From NCBI GenBank assembly GCA_051942205.1, contig JAVECO010000002.1:186001-250000 (forward strand): a stretch of 64,000 bases of DNA, in the 5' to 3' direction. Made by a program: the position numbers and the translations under genes. Within the stretch, counting starts at the first letter, position 1. Each line of letters starts with the position of its first letter. Positions 53,292 to 64,000 of this stretch are shown one piece after another. This DNA is from Coniocarpon cinnabarinum (lineage: Eukaryota). A model generated the notes under the pieces. It saw only the letters and a list, made by a program, of their open reading frames with translations, made no database searches and had not been told where the DNA came from.

Positions 53292-55663
53292 TCACTCGTA
53301 TGGCCTCACGTTCTTCACTGGGTGCAGCAGCATATGCGGGAGGCATAATCGCCCGTGACTCCGCTCCCACTGTTCCGCAGTCAGTCGGACTGGATCCACA
53401 ATCCAGAAGTGATCTTCGCAGTTGCTTACCGATCCGTCTCCAACCCATCCCAGCTCGTCCCTCAAGGACTCCGTGCCCAGTGTCAGTCCGGAACTCCATC
53501 CCATCCATCGCCAGTATATGACTCGCGGTAAATCACTCCAGAAATACCAGGTCCATCCGCCGAAATTGTGCTCGCGGTCAGGATTGTAGGGACTGTCTCT
53601 CTCCTGGCTCCAACGGCCCACCCGGCCCTCCTTGTTCGGGCCAGTGCCCTCTTGAGGCTGCTGTCGAATATCGAGGTCCTTGTTGTAACCAACCCCACGT
53701 CCATCGTCAATGTCGGTCCCGGGCAAGGAGCCAGCGCCCCATCCATCTGCATTAAAGACGAGCTCCATGTACTGTGGATCCCAGACATGACTCTGCCATA
53801 TAGGGTGCGGCGCATAAACGCCCTTGTATCCATGCTGCAATGCCACACTGCCCGGCCAAAGCTCTGACGCCATGGAGAGCCCTGCTTGATTTTCGTAGTG
53901 CATCGCGTCCAGTAGGTCCTTGCTCAAACGGACCAGAGTATTGATGAAGACGCGTCGAGGTATGTGCGGAAATGGACGTTCCTGTGTTGCCTTGTCAGAC
54001 CCGGGGTAGTTGAAGACATGGTCGCGATACGACCACCATGTCTCTCGTGGGTCCCACATAGGCAGCATCGTAATCAAGTCGGCCTCTTCGCCCACACCCC
54101 AGGAGAAAGAGTCATCAATCTCGTCAGTAGGTGGTGTGGGCCCGCGCACACTCTGTTCGGGAGACCATGGTTGAGGACCCCACACCGTTGGCGTATGATG
54201 CTTTGCCGTTTCGATAAGAAAATTTGACTCCTGAAAGTATTTCTCCCAGTCTCCGTGGAGCTTGGGGATGTAAAATCGAGCATTGCGTTCCCACAAGAAT
54301 TTGCGTGGCTGTTTCTTCGCAAAAGCGCTTGCAGACTCGAGGAAGTGATAGTGCTGACCAATCAGTCTAGCGTCCATCTCCCAGTTCCAGACATAGTCAA
54401 ATTCCGGGTGCGTCCTTGAGAACCACTGCAGAGGCATGAACTGTTCCCAGTAGACGTTCCATTCGCCGATCTTGGGGTACCACTCTTGGCACACTTGTTC
54501 TGTCCACAGAATGGCAATATCATGCAATTCAGCCGGCACGTACTGGTCGAGTGTCTCTTGATAGATCTGCTCGTCCTTGAACACTGGAATGTCGTTCTCT
54601 TTGATATTTACGAATAGGAACACGTGATACTCGCCTCCTGACTGCAGCGATAATTCAGAGACCAGCGCCCTGATCGCCATTATGTCGTTTTCCTGATACT
54701 CATACGTGTCCCACGTGCGAATCAGGACCGCCGAGCGCGGCTTGTGTGTCTTCGTTGTGGCTTTGTGCTGATGTGCGCGAGTCTCCTCTTGCTTCAAAGA
54801 TGACGCAGTATCACTCTTGGCTGGCAAGTCCTGTACGTCACGCCTTTCACGGTGCGCTTTGCTGATACCAGGCCGACGGTCAGGAACTGTCGAGTCGTCA
54901 AAGCGATCCGCATTCTTACGCAAGCATGCATCTTGCAGTTGTCCCCATTTCACTTTGGAAAAGTCTATAGGTTTACTGCTTTTGTCTTTGGGATCCTGGA
55001 GGCCGTAGGGACCCAGTCTTCCGAGACGGTCAAAGCAGACGCTTTCATCAAGCCCAAGCGCCTCCCAAGATCCGATATCTGGATACGGAAAGCCGTCAGG
55101 AACACCCTGGTAGGCTTTCGTGAGTCCCATCTCGTCTTGAGTGATGGGCTTGCCACTGGGTCCGTCGCACTCATGGTACGATCCTCTGTACTCCTGTCGA
55201 TATTCATCGCTCGTATAGTCAGGGTACGGTGAGTATGACTGAAGTTCCGCTTCCTCCTTTGACAGTCGCTTTAAAGTGCCATTGAGATATAAACCACTGT
55301 TCCTGTTTGTTTTTAGCATGACCTGCAAGCAGAAGTATGGGCGTCATGTCGATCATACTGCGCAAAGCCCTCCCAGCGATTGGGATCAAAATCCCTCTCT
55401 TTGTAGCCGTCATAGGGTGGGAAATGGCCTTCGTCAGGAGGGTCCCATGAAAGAAAGTTCTGAAACTCCACAGGTAGTCTGCGACGGGGATACTTGTCGC
55501 CGTCAGCAGCGGTGGGTGGAGTCGGCGGGAGCTGAGTACGCCCTGGACTGAAATAAGGAGCGGTGGGAGTCCGCAGGACTAGGAGAACGACAATGACGCC
55601 AACGCCAACGAGGACCAGCCTGCGGAGGAAGGCGAAGCTACGAAGAGCAGAACGAGCGGCCAT
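53292..55663 (-). CDS. DUF3405 family type II membrane protein (exons 55663-55359, 55302-53430, 53369-53292)
   Basis: N-terminal TM segment. Motifs CFDRLGRLGPYG, WGQLQ..C, ELSLQSGGEY, PEFDYVWNWEMDAR, QPRKFLWER, WGVGEEADLI, RLCLP.MLLHPVK. Canonical introns. Confidence 0.87.
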
Positions 55664-56021
55664 GGAGAGCGCGGACCGCGTGTGGGTGAATGCTACGAAG
55701 ACATTCTGGCCTCGCCACCATTCTCGCCCCGTTGCGCGTCGTCGAGTGCAAGCATGAGAAGTCCGGGACGAGAGCCAAGACGAGATGGATCCGTTGCCAG
55801 CCAAGGAGATCCGCGCGATCCAAAGACGTCTTTGCTTTTTTTGGTCGACTTCAAAGGAGAGGACCTCTTCGGGCCAATGCGTGCCGAAATGTGCCTCGAT
55901 AAATTGATCTGTTTCACCAATCCTTTCAATGTTCCTGGCGTCCCTTGATGAAACCCGTGGCACACCCGTCGAGAGCATCCGACGTATACATGATGCTGGC
56001 ACATCACGAGCGACCTCTGTC

Positions 56022-57944
56022 TCAGCCGCCGCCGCCCCTCTTGATGCCGACTACGACCAGGTTGCGTGGACTGCGTCTGTAGTCGAACACTGCCTCGACC
56101 CAGCATCCTTCAACTTCATTCTGCTCCTTCAACCATAGCCAACGGTCGACAACAATCGTTGCTTCCACCAGCGTCGCGCTGAGGGCCATAAGTGTCCACA
56201 CAATACCTATGTCTTTCCTGCGGCCTTCATGCTCTCTTGAATACTGCTCCAAATCTTCATCCGCAATCGCGTTTAGCTGCGACAGTCGCTCCGCGCTCAG
56301 CTTGTTCGACTTCTGCACTCTTGCTAAGGCCGCTCGGCCGTACGTAGGGAAGTCTTTGTAGGCTGACTTGCTTAGACTGCCTACGACGATTGGCTGTAGA
56401 CTTCCGCCGCCTCCAGCAGGACTCCGCCCTGCCACGACATCCTCGTGCTCTTGGTCTTTCTGGTCTGCAATTGGAGGCTCGACAATGCCATGATCAACGA
56501 AGATTCGTTGTAAGAGCGCGCGAAAGTAATGGCGCGTGAAGAACGAGTCTGCTTCATTTCTCGTCCAGTTTGTTGGTGCTTGTACAGCCATCATCCGCGC
56601 AGTAATGTTAAACGAGAGGCCAGGCGCTTGTTTACCGAAATATGTAGAAAGTCTGCTAGACATGGGGAAGCCATGGCAGTCACCGCTTCGTGCATCTCCC
56701 TCTTCCACCGACGAAGCCTCTGGCCGCAGATATTCCGACTTGTACGACGGTGGTCCAAACTTCTCCGTCAGTAGATTGTAGCAGCATCCAACGACTGCAA
56801 TGCCCTTAACGGTAGGATTCATCACGAGCGAGCGCAGAGCATGATGAGACAGATTTCCACATGAATGCAGCGAGATGACCAAGAGACTCGGTTCAATTGC
56901 ATGGTCCAATCTTGCCTGCTGCTCTATGCTCGCTGCAAGGTTACTGGAGTGCTGGCATTCCACACTACGAGGCTCTGTCCTTCCCGCATTGGAAAGATCG
57001 GCCAAGGTTAGCTGTCTTTCCACTTTCTTCACAACATCATCAAGATCACCGTCCTGAAAATGGTGCTCCACGTGCTGAACGCTCCCTTTGCCTTCTAAAG
57101 CTTGAGCAATGGGTGTCGTTTCGATCCGGCGAGAGGATGTTCCAACTGTCCTTGGCGGTGAATCGAAGCCTGAAGGTTTGCCCTTCACCCGTGTAGCCCT
57201 GTACGCTGGTGATAGACTTCTTCCCTCTTTCTTAGCTGCAGCGCGTGCAGAGCGATATTGCTTTTTGTCACGGAGGATACCAGACTTGGGTGCTAGCTTC
57301 ACAATCACATCCATTGCTTGAGCGACTTCGAGATTACTTGCCCTGCCTTCAACTGCAACAACATGCATGTTACTAGGCTCGCTTGCAAGGAACCTACCGA
57401 GGTAGCCCTGTCCAGCACCAAAGTCTACCAGGTGCGATATCCTTGTGCCATGGATGTCGGTCAAGTCCTTTGTCAAGTTTTGCACGTAAGAGGCGAAATG
57501 GCCGACTTCGTGAATCTTCTTTGGACGCATGCCTACAGCAAGCTGGCGAGACACCTCAACCTCTGCCTTAGGGTCATTGGGATGGTCTCGATCTATACCC
57601 AGCGTCCGAATCTTCGCAAGATAATGCAACAGTGTCTCTGGTGGCGGGCATTCTCCTTGCCAAGAGGACGTGTGCACTCCATCACAGCGCTCTTGCACCT
57701 GTCCATGAAGGAGGAATTCTACCAGTGAATGCAGATCATGTAATGCAAACCACTCTCTCCATTCTGGCGGGAATACGTTCTCATACAGATCTGGAGACTT
57801 TGTGAAGAAGTCGAGAATATGCACAGAGCTTACAAGGGTTTTCAAAATTGTTGAGGACGAGACGAATGCCAATAGGTCAGACACATAGGTATCATCATCA
57901 ATATAGAATCGATTAGGAAGTCCACGCTTGTTCTTTAGCGACAT
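56022..57944 (-). CDS. SAM-dependent methyltransferase, METTL25/RRNAD1-like
   Basis: GMRPKKIHEV, VDFGAGQGYLGR, SLHSCGNLS, VGCCYNL, DRWLWL, FDY..SPRNL. The probable start is ATG at 57944. Confidence 0.85.
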   Translation of the reverse strand: MSLKNKRGLPNRFYIDDDTYVSDLLAFVSSSTILKTLVSSVHILDFFTKSPDLYENVFPPEWREWFALHDLHSLVEFLLHGQVQERCDGVHTSSWQGECPPPETLLHYLAKIRTLGIDRDHPNDPKAEVEVSRQLAVGMRPKKIHEVGHFASYVQNLTKDLTDIHGTRISHLVDFGAGQGYLGRFLASEPSNMHVVAVEGRASNLEVAQAMDVIVKLAPKSGILRDKKQYRSARAAAKKEGRSLSPAYRATRVKGKPSGFDSPPRTVGTSSRRIETTPIAQALEGKGSVQHVEHHFQDGDLDDVVKKVERQLTLADLSNAGRTEPRSVECQHSSNLAASIEQQARLDHAIEPSLLVISLHSCGNLSHHALRSLVMNPTVKGIAVVGCCYNLLTEKFGPPSYKSEYLRPEASSVEEGDARSGDCHGFPMSSRLSTYFGKQAPGLSFNITARMMAVQAPTNWTRNEADSFFTRHYFRALLQRIFVDHGIVEPPIADQKDQEHEDVVAGRSPAGGGGSLQPIVVGSLSKSAYKDFPTYGRAALARVQKSNKLSAERLSQLNAIADEDLEQYSREHEGRRKDIGIVWTLMALSATLVEATIVVDRWLWLKEQNEVEGCWVEAVFDYRRSPRNLVVVGIKRGGGG

Positions 57945-58264
57945 GGAAGCCTCTGTTTGGCTGAGATCATGAAGTAACTTGGGCTGGCTCTCAAGTGAAG
58001 CTGACGCGTGGGCCAAAAGCAGATTAGCGTGTATAAGAAGAAGGCCAAACACATGCCTCTCCGCGGACGTGTCACATCGCAGATATTATAATTGGGGACA
58101 TGAAGTACCAGCGTTCACAAAGTGGCTTCTCGGGCACGACTGATTAGAGTGCAGCTCGGGAAAATCAAGAAATTGAGCATATGAAATATTATTTCTTATC
58201 GCCATCCATCGCGTCTTATTGAACGATGTCTCTACACTGCCCCAATATACATGGTCATCCGTCA

Positions 58265-59601
58265 TTACTTTCGTACGTCTTCAAAGAAGCTTTCTTCAAT
58301 TGCTGGCACCGGTGGCCGAGAGTCCCGCTCTGGCCCACTCTCCTCCTCCACCCAAAAACTCGTAATCTTGCTGATGATCATCTTCGCCGAACCGAGGTTG
58401 CTGCCATTTAACGATGCTGCCATCGATCCTCTAACGGAAAAATGCTTCCCTGGCTGCGCTGTAGGATCCATGTATCGGCGGTCAGGAGCCCGAATCTGCA
58501 ACGGGGTCAGATTGACCGGTTTCTTGGCTCGTCGCCGAATGGCAATGCGCATGTTGGTTGTGAACAGGCCCCGCTCGAATTGGGAAGAACAGAGTCGTAG
58601 GTAGGGCAGACATGTCGTGATGATGGCCATGCACATTTGGGCTTCCGAGACGATGACCAATGTGCTGATCGAACCTGCTGAGTTATTCCGATTGTCTAGG
58701 TCTTGCACAAATACAAGACGAGCGACGAGGAATGTCGCGCCGAGTAAACGAGACCAGAAGGTGATGATCAGCGGTGCTTTCCTCCTCCGTGACACATCCA
58801 CGGCAGATATCACGTATGTCGTCCAAAGTGCAATGGTGAGATCCAAAGCTAGGTCCAGACCCCCAATCGCATACCAGAATGCAGTCTGCTACAGTCAGCG
58901 ATAGTAGAACTTGCTCTGTAAAGGTGCATACCTGGTTGAGACATTGCTCCGCATCCAGGATTCTCCACGGCTGGCTAAGTGGACTGCATTGTAATGCAGC
59001 GCAAATGATGGCAGAGACGGCCCAGAGCGCACTCAGAAGCATGAGAAACTGGCCCACACCAACGTTCCTGGAAGCTGTGGAGAGGCGTGAAGAGGCATGT
59101 GCTGCACTTGTTTTGGCCGAGCCGACGGCAGCGACATAGAGAATGCCAGCTGCATAGAGGGCCTGGAGTACCAGCTATCAGTATCTCGAAATTTGGTGTG
59201 AGGATTGCGAGAAACGTATGCTCACTTGCTGAAATTGCTCCGATTCATCTGATGGACTGGAGGTGGTACTCTGACCCGAGCCACTTGAGACAGCCTCCGA
59301 TACTCCAATTGACTGTCCAATGGCAAAGAGCTACTGAAGTGTAAGCAGGCAACCAGATTTCCCACAAAGAGACCTGCATACAATTGCGAGAACAAGTAGC
59401 CAGTCACCTGCTTCTATAGCACGGTGTTTTGCAAGTTTTAGCGCAACCTGAGCCGGTCAGTACGTATCTCTGCTTAGGGACAAGAGGAACACTTCGCACC
59501 TGCAGGATGACGATGCAGGTAGCAAGACCAGTAAGCGTCCAAGTGGTGGCATTGACGATCACATTACGGTCCCCGGGCGACTGCGATGTTGACATTGCCA
59601 T
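58265..59601 (-). CDS. PTH11-like / fungal rhodopsin-domain integral membrane protein (multi-exon)
   Basis: Spliced pieces: NATTWTLTGLATCIVILQ|VALKL..HRAIEAGDWLLVLAI|LFAIGQS...G.G, ALQCSP..PW...C, and FWSRL...SEAQMCMAIITTCLPYLR. Several GT-AG introns. Confidence 0.75.
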
Positions 59602-61864
59602 TGCCTTGTGACCAGCACAAGCAGGAGTCCTCTTCACTCAAGTAGGCTGAGAGAGGGACGTCAATGCATCGACAGGCTCGGAGACGACGAGGGAGACGGC
59701 AGGAGTACAGGCGTGTCCATGACCGAGGGACCACGGAGCTTTTTGAGGGCTGGAGCGAGCGGTGATGTTGGAGTACGAGGACGAGGATGGGGCTTGGCGG
59801 GGGAAAGGCGTGAGACGGGCGCTATTGGCAGCCCACCTGAGACATGAAGCAACGGCTCCGAACCGGAACAGAGTCACTGTGAGGCCGGGCAGGGCAGAAA
59901 GCGGTCAGTGGAGGAGTCGGGCGAGCACGGCGGGCATGGAGAGCATGGAGGGCGCGGACGACGACGGCAGAGAGGATTCCAATGTGTACCGGGAGGGCAT
60001 CGGAGGAGCAAGGGAGGACGGTGTGGAAGGCGTGTGCGGTGCCATGGAGGGCTAGCGACGCCACCGAAACGTGCTCTAGACGTGGAAAGCGTATGGTACG
60101 GAGTAGCGTGGGAGCAGCAAAGGCGTTGTGTTGGAGGAGAGAAGAGCGTGAAGTACAGAGTAACAAGGGAGGGAGGGAAAAGGCTGCGAGCGTGCCAGGT
60201 TATTTTAGGCGGGGTCACATACAGTATGTACCTATGTAGGTGGTCTGTGCACGGGTGTCGCAGGATGGTTTCAGCACCTTCAGCCCCAAACACTCCCAAA
60301 CACTCCGCTGTCCGCTGCCTCTCTTTCTTCACCGCCCCGTGCCACGTGAGCATCCTCCTCGCGGGCGTGCCTCTGGACGAGCCTCCAATGCCTCTATTAT
60401 TACACGTCAGGATCCGCCCACGGGATGCGTCTCTCGACATGAGATGTCTAGCGTCGCCTTGCTGCCCCCTCGGAGTGGCTGCGAGATGGCCATTCCAACG
60501 CCCAACTCTCCTCGACTCGAGGCTCGTGCGCCCATCCTTGTTTAGTTGCCTGTTTGCGATCACCGCTCCCAGAAATCAGCCTGAACGGGCAACAGTCTCG
60601 GCAACCACCACTACCGGCCTCCTGCCAGCGCTCAATCTCCCCAAGTAAGGTAGTTCGGTGAGCGTCTTCCGTACTTCTCTGCGTTGTAGCACTGCCGTGC
60701 TCTCTCCCATTACTCTTAGCTCGCCGTCACCCCCAGTCCGGCCAGTCGCGCCATTGAATGGTGGCGAGCATCTTCCGTTGGCGGGCGACCGTGTATGGCA
60801 GGACATTGGACCAGTGTGGATAGAAGCAAATGGCGACTGTCCAGAAAAGTGGTCCAGCATCGCCGCATTTGATCACGGAACATTGATCCGCCTCTCTAAG
60901 CGTGCGGTAACTTGAGCGCATTTCTGATTGCTGTCATTGAAACTGCGACTCGGGCTGAGGTGGAAGACCCCGGAGCAAACCGGCAGTCTGGTGTTAAGCG
61001 ACGAAACAGGCTATACACGTAGAGCTCCAAGGTCAGACGAGCAATGACGCACGGCGGAAGGCGCCGACAAGTGCCGATACGACCACCCTGAGGTTGGAAT
61101 TTACCTTACATCCAGTACGAAGTAAGCATCCAGCACACCAGTGTTCACCGAGACCAGAAAGCCGACTGCACTGCCCGGTTCAGCCATCACGGAGGGCGTG
61201 ACGAAGAGGATGGGGGCTGTTGGTGATTTCTTGACCGACTGTTTCGTCTTCTTGTGACACAGACACGCTTTCTGACTCTTCAACGCCACGGCACTGCGTA
61301 GGCTTCGTTTGCAGTGTCCACGTGCGACCCTTTGTGATGGATTCATATCCTACGCGCTGCATGACAGGAGTTCGCAAATCTTTCATTGGCCGCGCCTTTG
61401 GTATTGCAGGGTGAAGGGTTCCCTCTTTCATTTCCTCCCTATGCCAGCATGCCCCACACAATCACAGGCAACACATGTGGCGATTCAGGCACAACGCATC
61501 GTTCATCGCCCTGACAGCGAAGTGGGTGGTTTATATATTAAGGGCGTGCTTTATGCGGCAAAACCCTTCCTCTTTCTTGTTATTTGTGCTGCATCCATTC
61601 ACAGTCTAAAGTGCGGAACACTCCGGTGGATATTGGTTAAGAATCTGAATTTTGAAAAAGCTATCATATGAACTGAATGCCTGGAAGCTCGACATTGGCC
61701 TGGCGAGCCCCATGTCTCTGCCAGCTCCCCTGTTGAAGTGGATCCTAAATCTGACTTCCTTGCTCCACAACCTCATCCGTCACACGCATGTCAAGCGTCC
61801 ACCCTACTCGGCACGATCAACGTGACAGCCCTGAGTGAATGCATCCATGGGCGCAACAACCTGT

Positions 61865-62969
61865 CTAGGTCTGGGTGATGTCGGAGGTCGAGTAGATCTG
61901 TTTACGCACTGTTGTCAGCATACACTCATCCGCAGACACGATCAGGGAAGTGGCAATGGTCGACGACATACGCAGTTTGCGTTGGGGCCGGAGCCGTTCT
62001 CTTTGGGCTCATCTCCGTTGGTGTTCCCAGTGTAGGTCACGCAAATGTCATCGACGCCCGACACTTTGATGTTGGTCAAGGTAGCTGTATCATCGTAGTT
62101 CTATATTCTCAGGGTTAGGCGATCACATTCTCGAGAGTACGCTGGGCCGCGGTGGCGTCTGAAAGACTTACCGAGTTGATGCCAGCAAGCTCGGATCCGC
62201 TTTTTGCAGTGATATTGTCGAGGATAACATGGCGAGTCGGCATGCTCTTACAATTGCCGCAGGATCGGTAGAGCTTGCCGAAGTCGCTAACGGTGAAGCC
62301 AGACACAGACAGGGTACCGCCGCCGTTGTGCTGCAAGACTTTGTCTTCAGCGCCGAAAGCACCACCGCCTGTGATCTTAGTCGTCTCCCCATCAGCCTGC
62401 TCCTTGATGGTGAAGGCATCCTCGCAGACAGCGGACCACCAGACGTTGTTCAGCGTGCAATCACCCTCGCAATGAACACCTTCGATCTGGTTGGGTCCAA
62501 TGATGACGTTGGAGAGGGTGCCACCGTTCTCAATCATGAAGACGGCATCGCTGTCGCCGCCCTCGGCTTGTCCAGTGCAGCTCACGCCCCGGTCAAACAT
62601 CTTCATGCCGCCATCGAACGAATCTCCAGAAGCGACAGTCTGCACAGCCTTGAGGACAGAGGTGCCGGACGATGCCGGGAGACCGCCTCCAGAGGCAGCA
62701 CTGCTGTCAGGGGCAGCAGTCGTGCTAGGTGAGGACGATGAATCATCTGACGAATCAGCAGTGGCTGTTGCCGATGCTTTGGAGGTCTTTGTTGACGATT
62801 TGGCCTTTTTGGTCGATTTTGCACGGCGCAAGATGGGCACGGGGTTTAATAGCTCGTCATAGCTCTCAGCAGCGCGGATGATCTTCACGCTAGATTCCTC
62901 AACAGGCGTTGCGAGGGCACATGACGCCGTCAGGCCTATGAGGCAGGCAATGGAAGTGGATAACTTCAT
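61865..62969 (-). CDS. Secreted pectate lyase, polysaccharide lyase family 3 (exons 62969-62172, 62100-61972, 61897-61865)
   Basis: Signal peptide. Motifs [16 protein letters not shown]...[46 protein letters not shown]. Confidence 0.93.
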
Positions 62970-64000
62970 ACTGTATGTGATGAGACGATTTGTTGATGAA
63001 TGAAGTAGGTATCAAAAGAGTGAATGGACCAGCCAAAGATTGAGAGAAAGCACAGAATTCCAAAGTCTGCCAAACGAGAGTAATGGGTCGGTTGCAGTAT
63101 CGTTGTGCTCACGATGTTCACGTCTTCATATAAGACCTTGGGGCGCCTCATGCCAAGTCGCCAAGACCAATGATGAGACATACCTCCTTCGCGCATCCAT
63201 GTCAGTATTCTCCTCGCCGCAATCTCAACGATTCGCAGTCTCTCCCCCTCGAGTTTTGCATTAGCTCAGTCAGCACGGTTTTGCAAAGCTTTGCAGAATG
63301 CTCCTGCCGGATAGGTAATGTTGACCGTGTGGTACATGAGTTCCAAAGGTTTAAGCGCCGGAACGGAGATTGAAGGGTGCGAGGGTGTGTTCCGCAATTG
63401 TCGTCCTCAACTTACTTCTCGAACATGCTTCGGCTTTACCTACCTTGGCGTCGTGGAGAATACGTTCTCCACTGCTCGGTTTGTGGAGTGTCTTACACGT
63501 GCCTTACTATTCGTCGGATTTCAAGGAGGAACCCATGCCAGCCCTCAAACATTAGCAGGGCGTGTCATCTGTTCACGCAAGACTAGAGCTTGAGAGCCGC
63601 AGCGGATAGAGCCGCTGAATAAGTTTAACAGTATCCCTGCATTCCTGCACGAGGCGCGGTCATTCTCCGGCACCCACGTGTCCTTGCTTAAGCGCTGTCA
63701 GTCTGCGTCGCTCTGGGTATAGATGACTTGGGCGTTGAAATTCATGACAAATTTGCGCCCCGTACCATTGAGCTCAAACTGATTAGTTATATTACTCAAA
63801 GTGCGCAAAATCCCAGGCTTGACTAAGAGGATGCAAGGCTACTCAATAGTACTCGAACAATTGAGCGCCAGGAGAGTCGTTGAATTTTTACCACCAAAGT
63901 CTTTGGGTGACTAGGTATCGGGTAGCTGAAACGGGAGGCTTTGTAGTCTAGCCACTGAACCACGACACGCGTTACCATCTTCGATTGTCACAGTGTTCGA

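Noticed and set aside
55664..56002. Upstream extension of ORF 55313-56002
   Set aside because: The DUF3405 protein plausibly starts at ATG 55663, just before its TM segment. The upstream part lies in the gap after the methyltransferase stop.
59700..61800. ORFs 59874-60563 and 59908-60648
   Set aside because: They overlap each other on opposite strands and show no motifs or consistent splice pattern. Treated as intergenic or 5' regulatory DNA.

Overview
Eukaryotic genomic DNA from a filamentous ascomycete. Genes carry short GT-AG introns with CTRAC branch sites; the gene content fits a plant-associated Dothideomycete-like fungus, but that taxonomy is inference. Recognisable core genes are TRA1, a CID-domain gene head-to-head with PRP45/SKIP, CYK3, MET12-type MTHFR, an AIF/AMID-like oxidoreductase, DUF2264, DUF3405, a METTL25-like methyltransferase, a PTH11-like membrane protein and a PL3 pectate lyase. 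The most notable feature lies at 3.5-11.1 kb: a direct tandem duplication of a two-gene module, an intronless protein-kinase-like gene followed by a multi-exon gene that, once spliced, encodes a PD-(D/E)xK (restriction-endonuclease-fold) nuclease-like protein with a G/S/P-rich tail. This resembles a Spok meiotic driver (nuclease kills, kinase protects) split into two genes, so it is a candidate toxin-antidote system. The two nuclease paralogs share only 2 of 6 intron positions, one needs a 2-nt microexon, and both kinase promoters keep shared motifs. A second accessory island (29.8-36.6 kb) holds a secreted repeat precursor of cationic peptides, a degenerate non-coding tract with a 17-bp minisatellite, and a HeLo/SesA-like plus ubiquitin-like-domain gene. 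All gene models were spliced by eye and no database searches were run.
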